A DNA stretch of 63,974 bases, filler included, from Methanobacteriota archaeon (GTDB lineage Archaea; JACRDV01): NCBI GenBank assembly GCA_024860865.1. It is 6 parts of 6 records of this genome, joined end to end, with 100 filler letters (N's around TTAATTAATTAA, not from the genome) between each part and the next. Parts side by side here need not be neighbours in the genome. Positions count along the whole stretch, not along the records: positions 46,216 to 57,614 come from JACRDV010000007.1; positions 57,715 to 61,580 come from JACRDV010000070.1; 4 more parts are not named here. One strand, written 5' to 3'. A program made the translations under genes and the position numbers. The notes under the pieces are model-generated. The model had not been told where the DNA came from. It saw nothing but the letters and a program-made list of their open reading frames with translations, and made no database searches. Of this stretch, positions 52,420-61,680 are shown piece after piece (positions within the stretch are counted from its first letter, which is position 1; each line of letters starts with the position of its first letter).

Positions 52420-52659
52420 GTGAAAAAAATGAGAACAGTAATTCAAGTTTATAAGGAAGATAAATATTTCGTAGCAGTTGATCTTGTAACAAATGTGGCA
52501 GACCAAGGATTAACTGAAGAAGAAGCTGTTGCAAATCTAAAAAAAGGACTCGAAGAACATTACCAAATTCTCATGGAATTATCTCCAAAGGATCGTAAAA
52601 TTTCTTTCTTAGATATTGAGGTAGAAAAATACGTCCAAGCTTCCCATCCTGTCAGCTAA
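52420..52659 (+). CDS. hicB: HicB-like antitoxin
   Basis: VADQGLTEEEAVANLKKGLE. Confidence 0.85.
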   Translation: MKKMRTVIQVYKEDKYFVAVDLVTNVADQGLTEEEAVANLKKGLEEHYQILMELSPKDRKISFLDIEVEKYVQASHPVS

Positions 52660-52855
52660 GGATGTTATTAAAGTTTTAGGGAAGTTTGGATTTAAAATCT
52701 ATCGACAAACTGGAAGTCATATTCACTTATGGAATGAAGAGCGGAAACTTCTTGTAACTGTTCCAAATCATCCAGAATTGGCAAAAGGAACCCTAATTTC
52801 GATTATAAAACAAGCAAAAATAGAACGTGATGAATTTCTTTCAAAATTGAAATAA
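52631..52855 (+). CDS. hicA: HicA toxin with ACG in place of the start codon
   Basis: (T)SKLPILSAKDVIKVL.KFGF..YRQTGSH...TVPNHPELAKGTL; SD GAGGT 8 nt upstream. Confidence 0.8.
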   Translation, partial: TSKLPILSAKDVIKVLGKFGFKIYRQTGSHIHLWNEERKLLVTVPNHPELAKGTLISIIKQAKIERDEFLSKLK

Positions 52856-52940
52856 GCACTTACCTATGCTTAATAACAAGATTAACTCCAGAAGACATTA
52901 TGATAATCGTAAGCCCGTGAGTAGTTCACGATAAGACGAA

Positions 52941-53867
52941 TTAAGTTTTAATTTTTTCGCGCAATCGGCGATAGGCTAACCACATGGATAATGACATCGC
53001 CGTTAAAGACAAAGCTCCTGCAGCCACCATCGAATATGGAGCTAATTTTACATAAACTGGAATAATTTGTTTCGGGATATGGTGCATCACAACTTTCATC
53101 TCTAGTGGTAAGATACCAATTAAGGATGGATAATCGGTTGGTTTAAAAATTGTTTGTGTAGTATAATTTATGTAAATGGTTTGCCCAGCTTCTAACGACA
53201 ATTTCCATGTCAATGGTGTAGTTTCACGCGGATAAGCTTCTACAATAATTTTGCTCTCTGATGGCAAAGTATCTCTAAGTGTAAACTCGGTAGTTGCAGC
53301 ACCTTCATTTTTAATTATCAAAATAATTTTCCAAAGATCCTCAGCTAGCCGAAAAACGTTTTTAGTTATTCTTACTTTTGGGGGTGGTAGAGCAGGTGCC
53401 CGTGGGGAAGGCAATAGCGTTGGTGGAGGCATTGGCTTAGGTTTAATAGTTAATCGCGCCGTTTTGGAATACCATGTGTAGTTTTTCCAAGAGGCTTCTG
53501 CTGCGGATAAAGTATACGCACCGACTGTGCTAGAAGATACCCAATAACTGAACTCTTTCGTTTCATCAATATTGATCGAAAACGTCCAAGTTAAAGCGCG
53601 ACGGCCTTGTATTGTTTTTGCTCCAGTGCTGTTAAATTCCTCAGGAAGATAATCGTACAATACAACGTCAGTTAAATTCATTGTACCATAGTTACTGACT
53701 AATACTGTAATTCTAGTGCTCTTTTCAGCTTCGATTTCAGATTCTAAAACAGATTTAGTAAGCAGCAGTTTAGGAACAGGGGTTGGTGGGATATAGATAT
53801 AAGAAACAGATGGCCCTGGAACCGGTGGAACATTGTACAGCGCAAAACAAAGGCCAACTAATAACAA
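52941..53867 (-). CDS. Surface protein with DUF11/BatD-like Ig domains and a C-terminal TM anchor
   Basis: LTKSV...VSNYG...DYLP repeats; Pro-rich linkers. Confidence 0.7.
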   Translation of the reverse strand: MLLVGLCFALYNVPPVPGPSVSYIYIPPTPVPKLLLTKSVLESEIEAEKSTRITVLVSNYGTMNLTDVVLYDYLPEEFNSTGAKTIQGRRALTWTFSINIDETKEFSYWVSSSTVGAYTLSAAEASWKNYTWYSKTARLTIKPKPMPPPTLLPSPRAPALPPPKVRITKNVFRLAEDLWKIILIIKNEGAATTEFTLRDTLPSESKIIVEAYPRETTPLTWKLSLEAGQTIYINYTTQTIFKPTDYPSLIGILPLEMKVVMHHIPKQIIPVYVKLAPYSMVAAGALSLTAMSLSMWLAYRRLREKIKT

Positions 53868-54247
53868 TGAACTGCAAATGAAGCAAATTAAGAATAAAAA
53901 CTGTCTTATTTTAAAACCCTCTTCCTTAGTTTTTATAAAAAATTAATATTGTGCTTTAAAAGGATTATCAAATGTATTAATTTCATTTTGAGACCGGGAT
54001 TACACAACAGATAGTAATGGTAATTAACTCTAAGAAATTGTTGAATTTCTGTTAGCCATTCTAATTTAATAAGTAGTGAAAATCCAAACTAAACGAAAAG
54101 CAGTTAGCGGTAAAAATTTTTTATCCTTTAAATCTTTATTGTAAAGTATACTTTTTAGTTCGAATTTCAAAGTATCAAATTTTAAATATTAAATTTTTTA
54201 TTATCAAAGTTAGAGTCAGAATCTAAAATAATTTCTAAGTTGATTAA

Positions 54248-55282
54248 ATGAAAATTTGGTTAGATATCACAACCCCATTTTTATCTAATTTTTTGAGTAT
54301 CTTAATGGATAAAACGAAAAAATTGGACAGTAAATTTGAATATTTAGTTACGTGCCGGGAGCATGAAATCACAACACAAATCCTGGATAAAAAGGGAATC
54401 TCATACCATTGCATAGGCAAACACGGCGGTAAAACTAAAGAAGGAAAGCTTCGAGCTTATTCTAAAAGAATTGCTGGTTTACTTCCAATTATTGAACGCG
54501 AAAAACCAGATCTGCTAATTTGTGAGAGAGAGCCGAGTTCAGTGAGAGTGGCGGCAGGATTGGGAGTTCCATCCTTTACTATTTTCAATGATGACCGTGA
54601 GGATTGGGTCAACCGTATGGTTTTTCCGCTTGCAACTAAAGTTTTTGCACCTGCTTTTTATACTGACCAAGATTTGATAAAATATGGTATAACTCCTGAT
54701 CGTGTAATTAAGTTTAATGGATTTCTAATGTGCTATCTAAAAGATTTGCAAGCTAGAAAAATTCACCAGGAGAACTGGAAAATCAATGTACTTATTCGCC
54801 CAGAGCCGGAACTTGCGAGTTTTTTTCCAACTTATAAGCCAATTCTAGAAGAGATTGCTCAAAAACTGTGCACTGACAATCGAACTAATGTAAGCGTGCT
54901 GCCTAGAACTGAACGCCAGAGAGAGCTCTTCTCAAAATATCCAGTTGATGTTGCAGATAGCGTGAGCGATGAAAGTCCTTTGCTCCAAACAGATATAGCC
55001 TTGGTCAGCGGGGAGAGCATGATTGCTGAAGCCTTGGTGTTAGGTATTCCAGTGATTGGTTGTTGTTATTGGCCCCCTTCCAAAGCAGTTTTGGAATTAC
55101 TAAAGTTTGTTAAACATTCTAATAGTGCAGATGAGGCAGTTAGTATGGTTAAATTTTACTATGAATTAAAAAATAGGATAGAATTTGCAGAGAAATCTAG
55201 AAAAGTAGTAGAACAAATGGATAATCCAATTTCTATCATAGCCAGCGAAGTGAATAAATTCAAAAACTTAGTGTATCATTAA
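54248..55282 (+). CDS. DUF354-family GT-B glycosyltransferase-like protein
   Basis: MKIWLDITTP, IGKHGG, LIRPEP. Confidence 0.8.
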   Translation: MKIWLDITTPFLSNFLSILMDKTKKLDSKFEYLVTCREHEITTQILDKKGISYHCIGKHGGKTKEGKLRAYSKRIAGLLPIIEREKPDLLICEREPSSVRVAAGLGVPSFTIFNDDREDWVNRMVFPLATKVFAPAFYTDQDLIKYGITPDRVIKFNGFLMCYLKDLQARKIHQENWKINVLIRPEPELASFFPTYKPILEEIAQKLCTDNRTNVSVLPRTERQRELFSKYPVDVADSVSDESPLLQTDIALVSGESMIAEALVLGIPVIGCCYWPPSKAVLELLKFVKHSNSADEAVSMVKFYYELKNRIEFAEKSRKVVEQMDNPISIIASEVNKFKNLVYH

Positions 55283-55326
55283 ATTAAATTTTACCTGAGG
55301 AAAAAGATATTAAGTTGCCGAACTTT

Positions 55327-55974
55327 CTAGTGCTTTGCATTAATTTCAACTGCTACATTGGGTTTTGAACTGATTTCAATTGCTGCCTTCTTACCGTTTT
55401 CAAAATCAAGAATTTTTGTTTTTAATTGGTGTAATCGCTTGCCTAAATGATTTATATCTCCAAGAATTCCCATATCGCCTATTTGACTCAATAAATTAGT
55501 TTGAGCAAGTAATAGATCATATATTTCATGAAGTATTGTAAACAATTCTGCAGACTTCTGGGCTTCTTTTAATTCCATAGTTTTTTCGTGGAAAGTTTCC
55601 AAATTTTTAGCAAATTTTTCATTGAGATCGTAAACCAAGGCTTGCACTCTATTTTGCTCCTCTTCTGCAGATTTGAGTTTTATCTCTAAATCTGCAATTT
55701 TTGCTAGCGCTTCGCTTGAGAAATTTTTAGAGTTTAGATTATGTGCTAAATTTAATCCTTTCACTTCTTTTTCCAATTGCTCAGAGAGCGTTGCTAGATT
55801 TTCAACCGACCTTACAACCAACCCATGGTTTGAACAACCCGTGGGGGAACAAGAAGGGGAAATTTCTCCTTTTTTTGGTTCTCTGAGGGAAATGACTAGC
55901 AAAACCAACACCAAAATTATACTGCCTATCGTAATTAGAGATATGGGGTACAGTATGTCTAATCCTTCGAACAT
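55327..55974 (-). CDS. Membrane-anchored coiled-coil protein
   Basis: N-terminal TM followed by a heptad-rich region. Confidence 0.65.
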   Translation of the reverse strand: MFEGLDILYPISLITIGSIILVLVLLVISLREPKKGEISPSCSPTGCSNHGLVVRSVENLATLSEQLEKEVKGLNLAHNLNSKNFSSEALAKIADLEIKLKSAEEEQNRVQALVYDLNEKFAKNLETFHEKTMELKEAQKSAELFTILHEIYDLLLAQTNLLSQIGDMGILGDINHLGKRLHQLKTKILDFENGKKAAIEISSKPNVAVEINAKH

Positions 55975-56194
55975 AGAAATCCTTCTTTATTCTTCAATAG
56001 TTAGTTTTAATAAGTAACATTATTAAAAAATTTTCATTTTGTCAGACGATGTACTTTTTTGTTCAATTACTTAGGTAGATTTTCTAATTTTTTCTCTTGA
56101 TATTTTAAGCAATTGCGATTTCTTACTTTTAGATTTTTTGATGTTTTCTTTTCATCATCGGTATCGGAAAAATTGAAAGCCTAATTGGGACGTC

Positions 56195-56363
56195 GCCTAA
56201 CAGCGGATAAAATGGAAATCAAAATTTTCCCCAAACCCAGCACTAATTTTTTGAGGGTGCGGGGTGGGTTGGTGGTTTGAACAATTATCGAACTTGAGCT
56301 GAGGTAGTTCTCAATTACTTGGGAAAATTAGTGCTGGGCTTCTTTTATCCGCCTCCGTTATAC
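56195..56363 (+). mobile_element. Integron attC-like site
   Basis: GCCTAAC...GTTATAC ends; arms GCGGATAAAA/TTTTATCCGC and CCCAGCACTAATTTT/AAAATTAGTGCTGGG; followed by an SD and an ORF. Confidence 0.6.
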
Positions 56364-56394
56364 GCCATGTGCCAAATAAAAAGGAGGAGTAAAA

Positions 56395-56682
56395 ATGGTT
56401 AACCCAAAAGATACAAACAAATGTTGTCCAGTTGATATTAAGAAATGCGATACTTTTGATTTTATGGCTAATGTCATTGGATTGCCTGTCCTTCATCCGG
56501 GTGGTTTTAAGGCAACCGAGAAGATGGCTAACCTATGCAATATCAATAAAGACACAAGGGTTCTGGATATCGCTTGCGGGAAAGGAACAAATAACTGCTA
56601 TTTAACCGAAAAATTTGGATGTTCAATAACAGGAATTGACTTTGACGAAAATTTAATCAAACAAGCAAAGCGGTTAAAGCTA
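56395..56682 (+). pseudogene. Truncated SAM-dependent methyltransferase (cassette-like)
   Basis: LHPGG, VLDIACGKG; ends just after motif II. Confidence 0.75.
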
Positions 56683-57132
56683 TTTTTCCACAATTTTATT
56701 TAAAATACTTTTTATATCTACTAAAGTTGTTTGGATCCCATCCAGTTTATCCAACTTATCCAACTTACCCAACTTATTATCCATGCTTCGTAGTATTTTT
56801 ATTCCTTCGTCTAATCGCTCCTTGATATCTTTTAACTCGACTGTCGGTTCTTTGAAAAAAGTCGGTGGAAGTGGTATTTTTATCGGAATTTCTTCTTCCT
56901 TTATCGATTCGATTCTTGCACCTATATCAACGGAGCCGATTTCTATTAGATGAATTAAAGTCTTTACTTTATCTTCATTTCCTTCGCAAAGTATCTTTAC
57001 ACTTCCATCCTTATCGTTAAATACAATTCCGCCGAGACCTAAACTAAGTGCATTAGCTTCAATGAAACTTCTAAATCCCGTCATCTGTATTTTCCCTTTG
57101 ATATCTATCGCATACTGCTTTTCGCTATTCAT
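56680..57132 (-). CDS. Acylphosphatase-fold protein with a coiled-coil tail (paralog of 43710)
   Basis: KGKIQMTGFR, GIVFNDKDGSVKILCEG; SMDNKLGKLDKLDKLD tail. Confidence 0.8.
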   Translation of the reverse strand: MNSEKQYAIDIKGKIQMTGFRSFIEANALSLGLGGIVFNDKDGSVKILCEGNEDKVKTLIHLIEIGSVDIGARIESIKEEEIPIKIPLPPTFFKEPTVELKDIKERLDEGIKILRSMDNKLGKLDKLDKLDGIQTTLVDIKSILNKIVEK

Positions 57133-57714
57133 GCAATTTCCTCGTTTTCTGTGATATTTAAATCTAACCCCGCAGTGAAAGTGCAAAGCAAGTAAAGCTA
57201 GCCTTCTGGGTCCTGTGGAGAAAAGTGGGCATCATGGTTTAGTAAAGGCAGTAACCACGAAAGCAAGCTGTAAAAACGTTCAATCAGTACCTCATTAAAA
57301 ATGTTTTTCCAAATGCTATTTACCAACTCTGCCATTTCCATTTCATGCAGCTTTTAAACAAGCAGGTTTAAGATTTTAAAAAACAAAAGAAAATAGGAAT
57401 AGCGAAAAAGAAAAAATTGTAATTAAGTTGCTGAAAAAGCACAAAGTAATAATTTTAGAACAGTTCGTTTTTTGGTAGTTTTTACATTCTACAAAATTAG
57501 TAGAATGATTTATCAAAATACCATTTAAGTTTAGAAAATCTAACCAGAACTTAGAAAGCATAATTATTATCTTGTAACCTCTTTGTATCAGACTCTATCT
57601 CAGAGAATAAAAAANNNNNNNNNNNNNNNNNNNNNNNNNNNNNNNNNNNNNNNNNNNNTTAATTAATTAANNNNNNNNNNNNNNNNNNNNNNNNNNNNNN
57701 NNNNNNNNNNNNNN

Positions 57715-59271
57715 GAAAATTTGTTAAAAGAAAAAGATTTTAATGTTGCTAGAGCGCCCTTTGGTTATTATAAGACTTTTGAAATAAAGTGTAAAGGCCA
57801 TCCTCTCTCTGAATTATCCAGAACAATTTTGCCCGAGGAAGTCGCTGAAAAAGAAGAAGAGGAAAAGGCTCCGAGTGAGTACTTGGTTCTAGCACATGAG
57901 GGCGAGGAACATTTTCTAAAGTTAGACAAAATTGAAGATTGCAAAATCTTGGATAAATATCCGCTCCTTAAACAGTTTATCTTAAGTGAAGAGCTAGGAA
58001 TAAGACCTGGGGAAGAACCATCTCACATAAAACTGATGAGAAAACTAGAATTAGTTGATTACGAACCCGCAAGCGATGTTGGTCATTTTAGATTTTATCC
58101 GAATGGAACCTTAATAAAGACCCTTTTAGAAGAACTTGCTTTAGAAATAGCCGCTAGTCTCGGAGCATCTAGAATCGAGACTCCATTGTTATACCGATTT
58201 GATGAACCAGACATTCGAGAACAAGCTTTAAAATTTCATCAAAAAGATTACAAGTTAAAATTGCCCAATCGAACTCTTCTTTTGAGATTTGCGGGTGATT
58301 TTGGCTTATTCAGAATGATGAAAGATGTTGTAATGAGCTATAAGCAAATGCCGGTTAGAATTTTTGAAATATCACCATCTTTTAGGTTAGAGCAAAGCGG
58401 CGAGTGCGTTGGGTTAAAACGATTGAGAGCATTTACAATGCCTGATGTTCATTGCTTCTGTAAAGACCTAAATGAAGCATTGAAGGAATATGAAATCCTC
58501 TTTTTAAGTTATAATAAAATTGTAAATGCGATGCAAATAGAGTATGTTGTTGCTTTTAGATTAGTCAAAGAATTCTACCAAAAAAATAAACATTATATAC
58601 TGAAGCTGCTTGGGGAAATCAAAAAACCAGCTTTAATCGAATTGTTGCCAAAAGCTAAACATTATTGGATTATGAAACATGAGTTTCAAGAAGTGGATTC
58701 AGTTGGGGGCAATGCTCAGTTATCAACAGTTCAACTTGATATAGAGGACTCTGAGCGTTATGGAATTTTGTATGTTGATGAAAATGGTGAGAAGAAGGGT
58801 TGTATTATTTTACATTCATCTATGGGTTCAATTGAAAGATGGATCTATGCTATGCTTGAAGAAGCGACGAAGAAAGCCAAAAAAGGAGTTGCACCTATGC
58901 TTCCGCTATGGTTAGCGCCAACTCAGGTCAGATTGATTCCTGTGAAAGATGAATATTTAGAGTATTGCCAAAAGATTTCTGACAAAATAGATAGAGAAAA
59001 TATTCGAGTTGATATCGATGACAGAAATCAAACTGTAGCAAAAAAAATTAGAGATGCTGAGCGTCATTGGGTACCTTTGATAGTAGTTATAGGCGAAAAA
59101 GAAATTAATACAAATCAACTTCCAGTGCGGATTAGAGAGACCAGAGAATTAAAAACATTTGGAATCGAAGAATTGATTAGTGAAATAAAAAGAAAAACTG
59201 AAAATATGCCATTTCGCGCATTAGCGTTGCCAAAGCTATTGTCAAAACGGCCGATATTCATTAGCAGTTGA
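57715..59271 (+). CDS. thrS: Archaeal threonyl-tRNA synthetase, 5'-truncated
   Basis: RAPFGYYK.F.IKCKGHPLSELSR, RAFTMPDVH, HSSMGSIER. Confidence 0.96.
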   Translation, partial: ENLLKEKDFNVARAPFGYYKTFEIKCKGHPLSELSRTILPEEVAEKEEEEKAPSEYLVLAHEGEEHFLKLDKIEDCKILDKYPLLKQFILSEELGIRPGEEPSHIKLMRKLELVDYEPASDVGHFRFYPNGTLIKTLLEELALEIAASLGASRIETPLLYRFDEPDIREQALKFHQKDYKLKLPNRTLLLRFAGDFGLFRMMKDVVMSYKQMPVRIFEISPSFRLEQSGECVGLKRLRAFTMPDVHCFCKDLNEALKEYEILFLSYNKIVNAMQIEYVVAFRLVKEFYQKNKHYILKLLGEIKKPALIELLPKAKHYWIMKHEFQEVDSVGGNAQLSTVQLDIEDSERYGILYVDENGEKKGCIILHSSMGSIERWIYAMLEEATKKAKKGVAPMLPLWLAPTQVRLIPVKDEYLEYCQKISDKIDRENIRVDIDDRNQTVAKKIRDAERHWVPLIVVIGEKEINTNQLPVRIRETRELKTFGIEELISEIKRKTENMPFRALALPKLLSKRPIFISS

Positions 59272-59292
59272 TGGTTATTTCTTATAGACTTG

Positions 59293-60156
59293 TCAGTTTT
59301 TTGGTTTGAAGGCTACAAATTTTGAACTCGCTACTTTTGGGACTTTTCCAGTTTTTAGAATATCGCCAATTATTTTAATGAAATCATCTCCTCCCACTGA
59401 TTCAGCAATGCTCTTCGCCTCCTCAAGAGTATAAATGTGTCTTTCCTTTACCTCTATGCCCACAAAACCAGCCTTTTTGATCTTGTCGATGTATTCTTTT
59501 TCTTCAATAGCACCCGCGATGCAACCTGCCCAGTTGTCTAAGTTATCGCGAATTTCTTTTGGCAATTCACCCAGTGCAACCACATCAGAAACTGCAAGCT
59601 TTCCACCCGGTTTCAGCACACGAAAAGCCTCTTTGAATACCTTATCTTTCTCAGGGCTGAGGTTAATTACACAATTGCTGATAACCACATCCACGCTTTC
59701 GCTCTCCACAGGAAGACATTCCATCTCACCCAACCTAAATTCTGCGTTCTGATATCCCTCTTTTCTTGCAACTTCTCTCGCTCGCCATACCATCTCCGGT
59801 GTAGCGTCTATACCGATTGCCTTCCCTTTTTTTCCAACTTTTTGGGCAACTAGAAAAACATCCATCCCACCACCGCTACCTAAATCAAGTACAACGTCGC
59901 CCTCTCTTAGTTCTATAAGCGCAGTTGGATTGCCACAGCCAGCACTTACTTCTTTTACACGTTCCGGAAGCGATTTGAGTTGTTCATCTGTGTAACCTGC
60001 TAAATATTTTGCAAGCTCCAGTTCTTTGTCAATAGAAGATGCGGAACTGCCACAACATGATACACTTTGTCTCTTTCCTCTCCCACTTTTTGCTAGCTGT
60101 CCATATCTTTCTCTCACGGCCTTTCTGATTTCCAATTCATTTTCTTCATTTGCCAT
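59293..60156 (-). CDS. arsM: Arsenite methyltransferase
   Basis: GCGNP, LDLGSGGG, ISNCVINL, WAGCIAGA. Confidence 0.92.
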   Translation of the reverse strand: MANEENELEIRKAVRERYGQLAKSGRGKRQSVSCCGSSASSIDKELELAKYLAGYTDEQLKSLPERVKEVSAGCGNPTALIELREGDVVLDLGSGGGMDVFLVAQKVGKKGKAIGIDATPEMVWRAREVARKEGYQNAEFRLGEMECLPVESESVDVVISNCVINLSPEKDKVFKEAFRVLKPGGKLAVSDVVALGELPKEIRDNLDNWAGCIAGAIEEKEYIDKIKKAGFVGIEVKERHIYTLEEAKSIAESVGGDDFIKIIGDILKTGKVPKVASSKFVAFKPKN

Positions 60157-60174
60157 ATTCTCACTCCTTTTTCA

Positions 60175-60447
60175 TTAAGGTGGTTTCTGATATTGCTTCA
60201 ATTCAGCAACCAAAGCTTCTTCTTTGAAAGCACCTAAGACTGAAAATGACTTGCCATTGATGACGACGATAGGCATATTCATAAGCTGTATGCCGTATTT
60301 GATCCTTTTCCAAATCGAGTGTTCTACTCGCAAATCTATCTTTTCTTGTACAGAAATTCTCTGAACTTTAGAAAGCTCTTTCTTACATTTTTTACAAAGT
60401 GGTGTAGCATAGTAGACAGCTATTCTACTTTCATTCATCGCAATCAC
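60175..60447 (-). CDS. Small thioredoxin/glutaredoxin-like protein
   Basis: PLCKKC CxxC and MPIVVING. Confidence 0.65.
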   Translation of the reverse strand: MIAMNESRIAVYYATPLCKKCKKELSKVQRISVQEKIDLRVEHSIWKRIKYGIQLMNMPIVVINGKSFSVLGAFKEEALVAELKQYQKPP

Positions 60448-60527
60448 TATTATCGTACGTCCAATATCTTACATCCAATATTTCTAAATAGGAAATATTT
60501 AAGCTTTATTAAGTACTTGTAATAATT

Positions 60528-60854
60528 ATGGAAGAAAAACGGCGCTTTGTATGCTGCGATATGCGAGGGTTATTGTCATTTCTTATTTTATGGCTTTTAT
60601 CTAGAAAGCCTATGTACGGACAAGAAATAGCTATGGAAATAGCGAAACGAAAGGGCGAAAAACCTACACCAGGAACGCTCTATCCAGCATTAAAAGACTT
60701 AAAAAAGCGCGGCTTAATCAAAGTTGAAAGAAAGAACCGAAAGACGGTTTATAAGCTGACGGATAAGGGAAAACATGGCATTGGAAAGGCTTGTGAATAT
60801 TTCTGTACGGCCTTTGGAGAAATTTTTGAAGAATGGCGTAAGCAATTTAAGTAA
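60528..60854 (+). CDS. PadR-family regulator
   Basis: PMYGQEI, PGTLYPALK, YKLTDKG; N-terminal CC. Confidence 0.9.
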   Translation: MEEKRRFVCCDMRGLLSFLILWLLSRKPMYGQEIAMEIAKRKGEKPTPGTLYPALKDLKKRGLIKVERKNRKTVYKLTDKGKHGIGKACEYFCTAFGEIFEEWRKQFK

Positions 60855-60952
60855 ATTCTACTGCTAAACGGCTTTGAGAAACTATAAAATTAGCGGTACT
60901 TAGGAAACAATACTCTAGTAAAGTTGTGATAGACAAAAATAGGTAATTATAT

Positions 60953-61243
60953 TCAAATTAACCTCTCCAACGCCTCTCTTCCGCTTATGCCTTCAATAAT
61001 TCCTAATTTTTTCGCTTCACTTGAGGCAGATTTGATCTGGGCTTCTAGAACATCCTCAAAATTTAAAACACCAGTAACTAGTGCCGCTGCGATTTCAAAT
61101 TTTTCTGCAGTTTGTATATTCAAATAGCCACACATTACAAAACCTTTTTTACCAAAAATTAAAATTAGTGGAGCTTTTGGAAGGTCGATTTTGATTCCTG
61201 TGACAACTCCATTTTTTAATTCGATTGGTTTTACTTCGATCAT
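60953..61243 (-). CDS. YunC/DUF1805 family protein
   Basis: KGFVMCGYLN, AAALVTGV, GISGREAL. Confidence 0.88.
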   Translation of the reverse strand: MIEVKPIELKNGVVTGIKIDLPKAPLILIFGKKGFVMCGYLNIQTAEKFEIAAALVTGVLNFEDVLEAQIKSASSEAKKLGIIEGISGREALERLI

Positions 61244-61397
61244 ATCCCTACCAAAAAAGTCACTAATATTTCTGACTTTGCCAATATTTTAATTAAATTT
61301 AAGTCCGCGTAGAAATTCTCTAGTTATTTTTATAAAAATAAAAAAATAGAATAGTAAAAAGTTTATATGAGAGAATTATAATTTATAATGATTAATC

Positions 61398-61580
61398 ATG
61401 AAAATTAAAGAAATGATGCACAAACCCACTTTTGTTGATCCTAATGCCCCAATTGCAGATGCTGTTAAAACAATGATCGAAAAAAACATTAGTTCTGTTA
61501 TAGTTGGCAGTAATGATAAAGAAATTATTGGAATGTTTACTGAAAGAGATGTGTTGAGAGAGGTAGTGGCTAAAGGACTC
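61398..61580 (+). CDS. CBS-domain protein, truncated by contig end
   Basis: IADAVKTM...IGMFTERDVL. Confidence 0.85.
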
Positions 61581-61680
61581 NNNNNNNNNNNNNNNNNNNN
61601 NNNNNNNNNNNNNNNNNNNNNNNNTTAATTAATTAANNNNNNNNNNNNNNNNNNNNNNNNNNNNNNNNNNNNNNNNNNNN

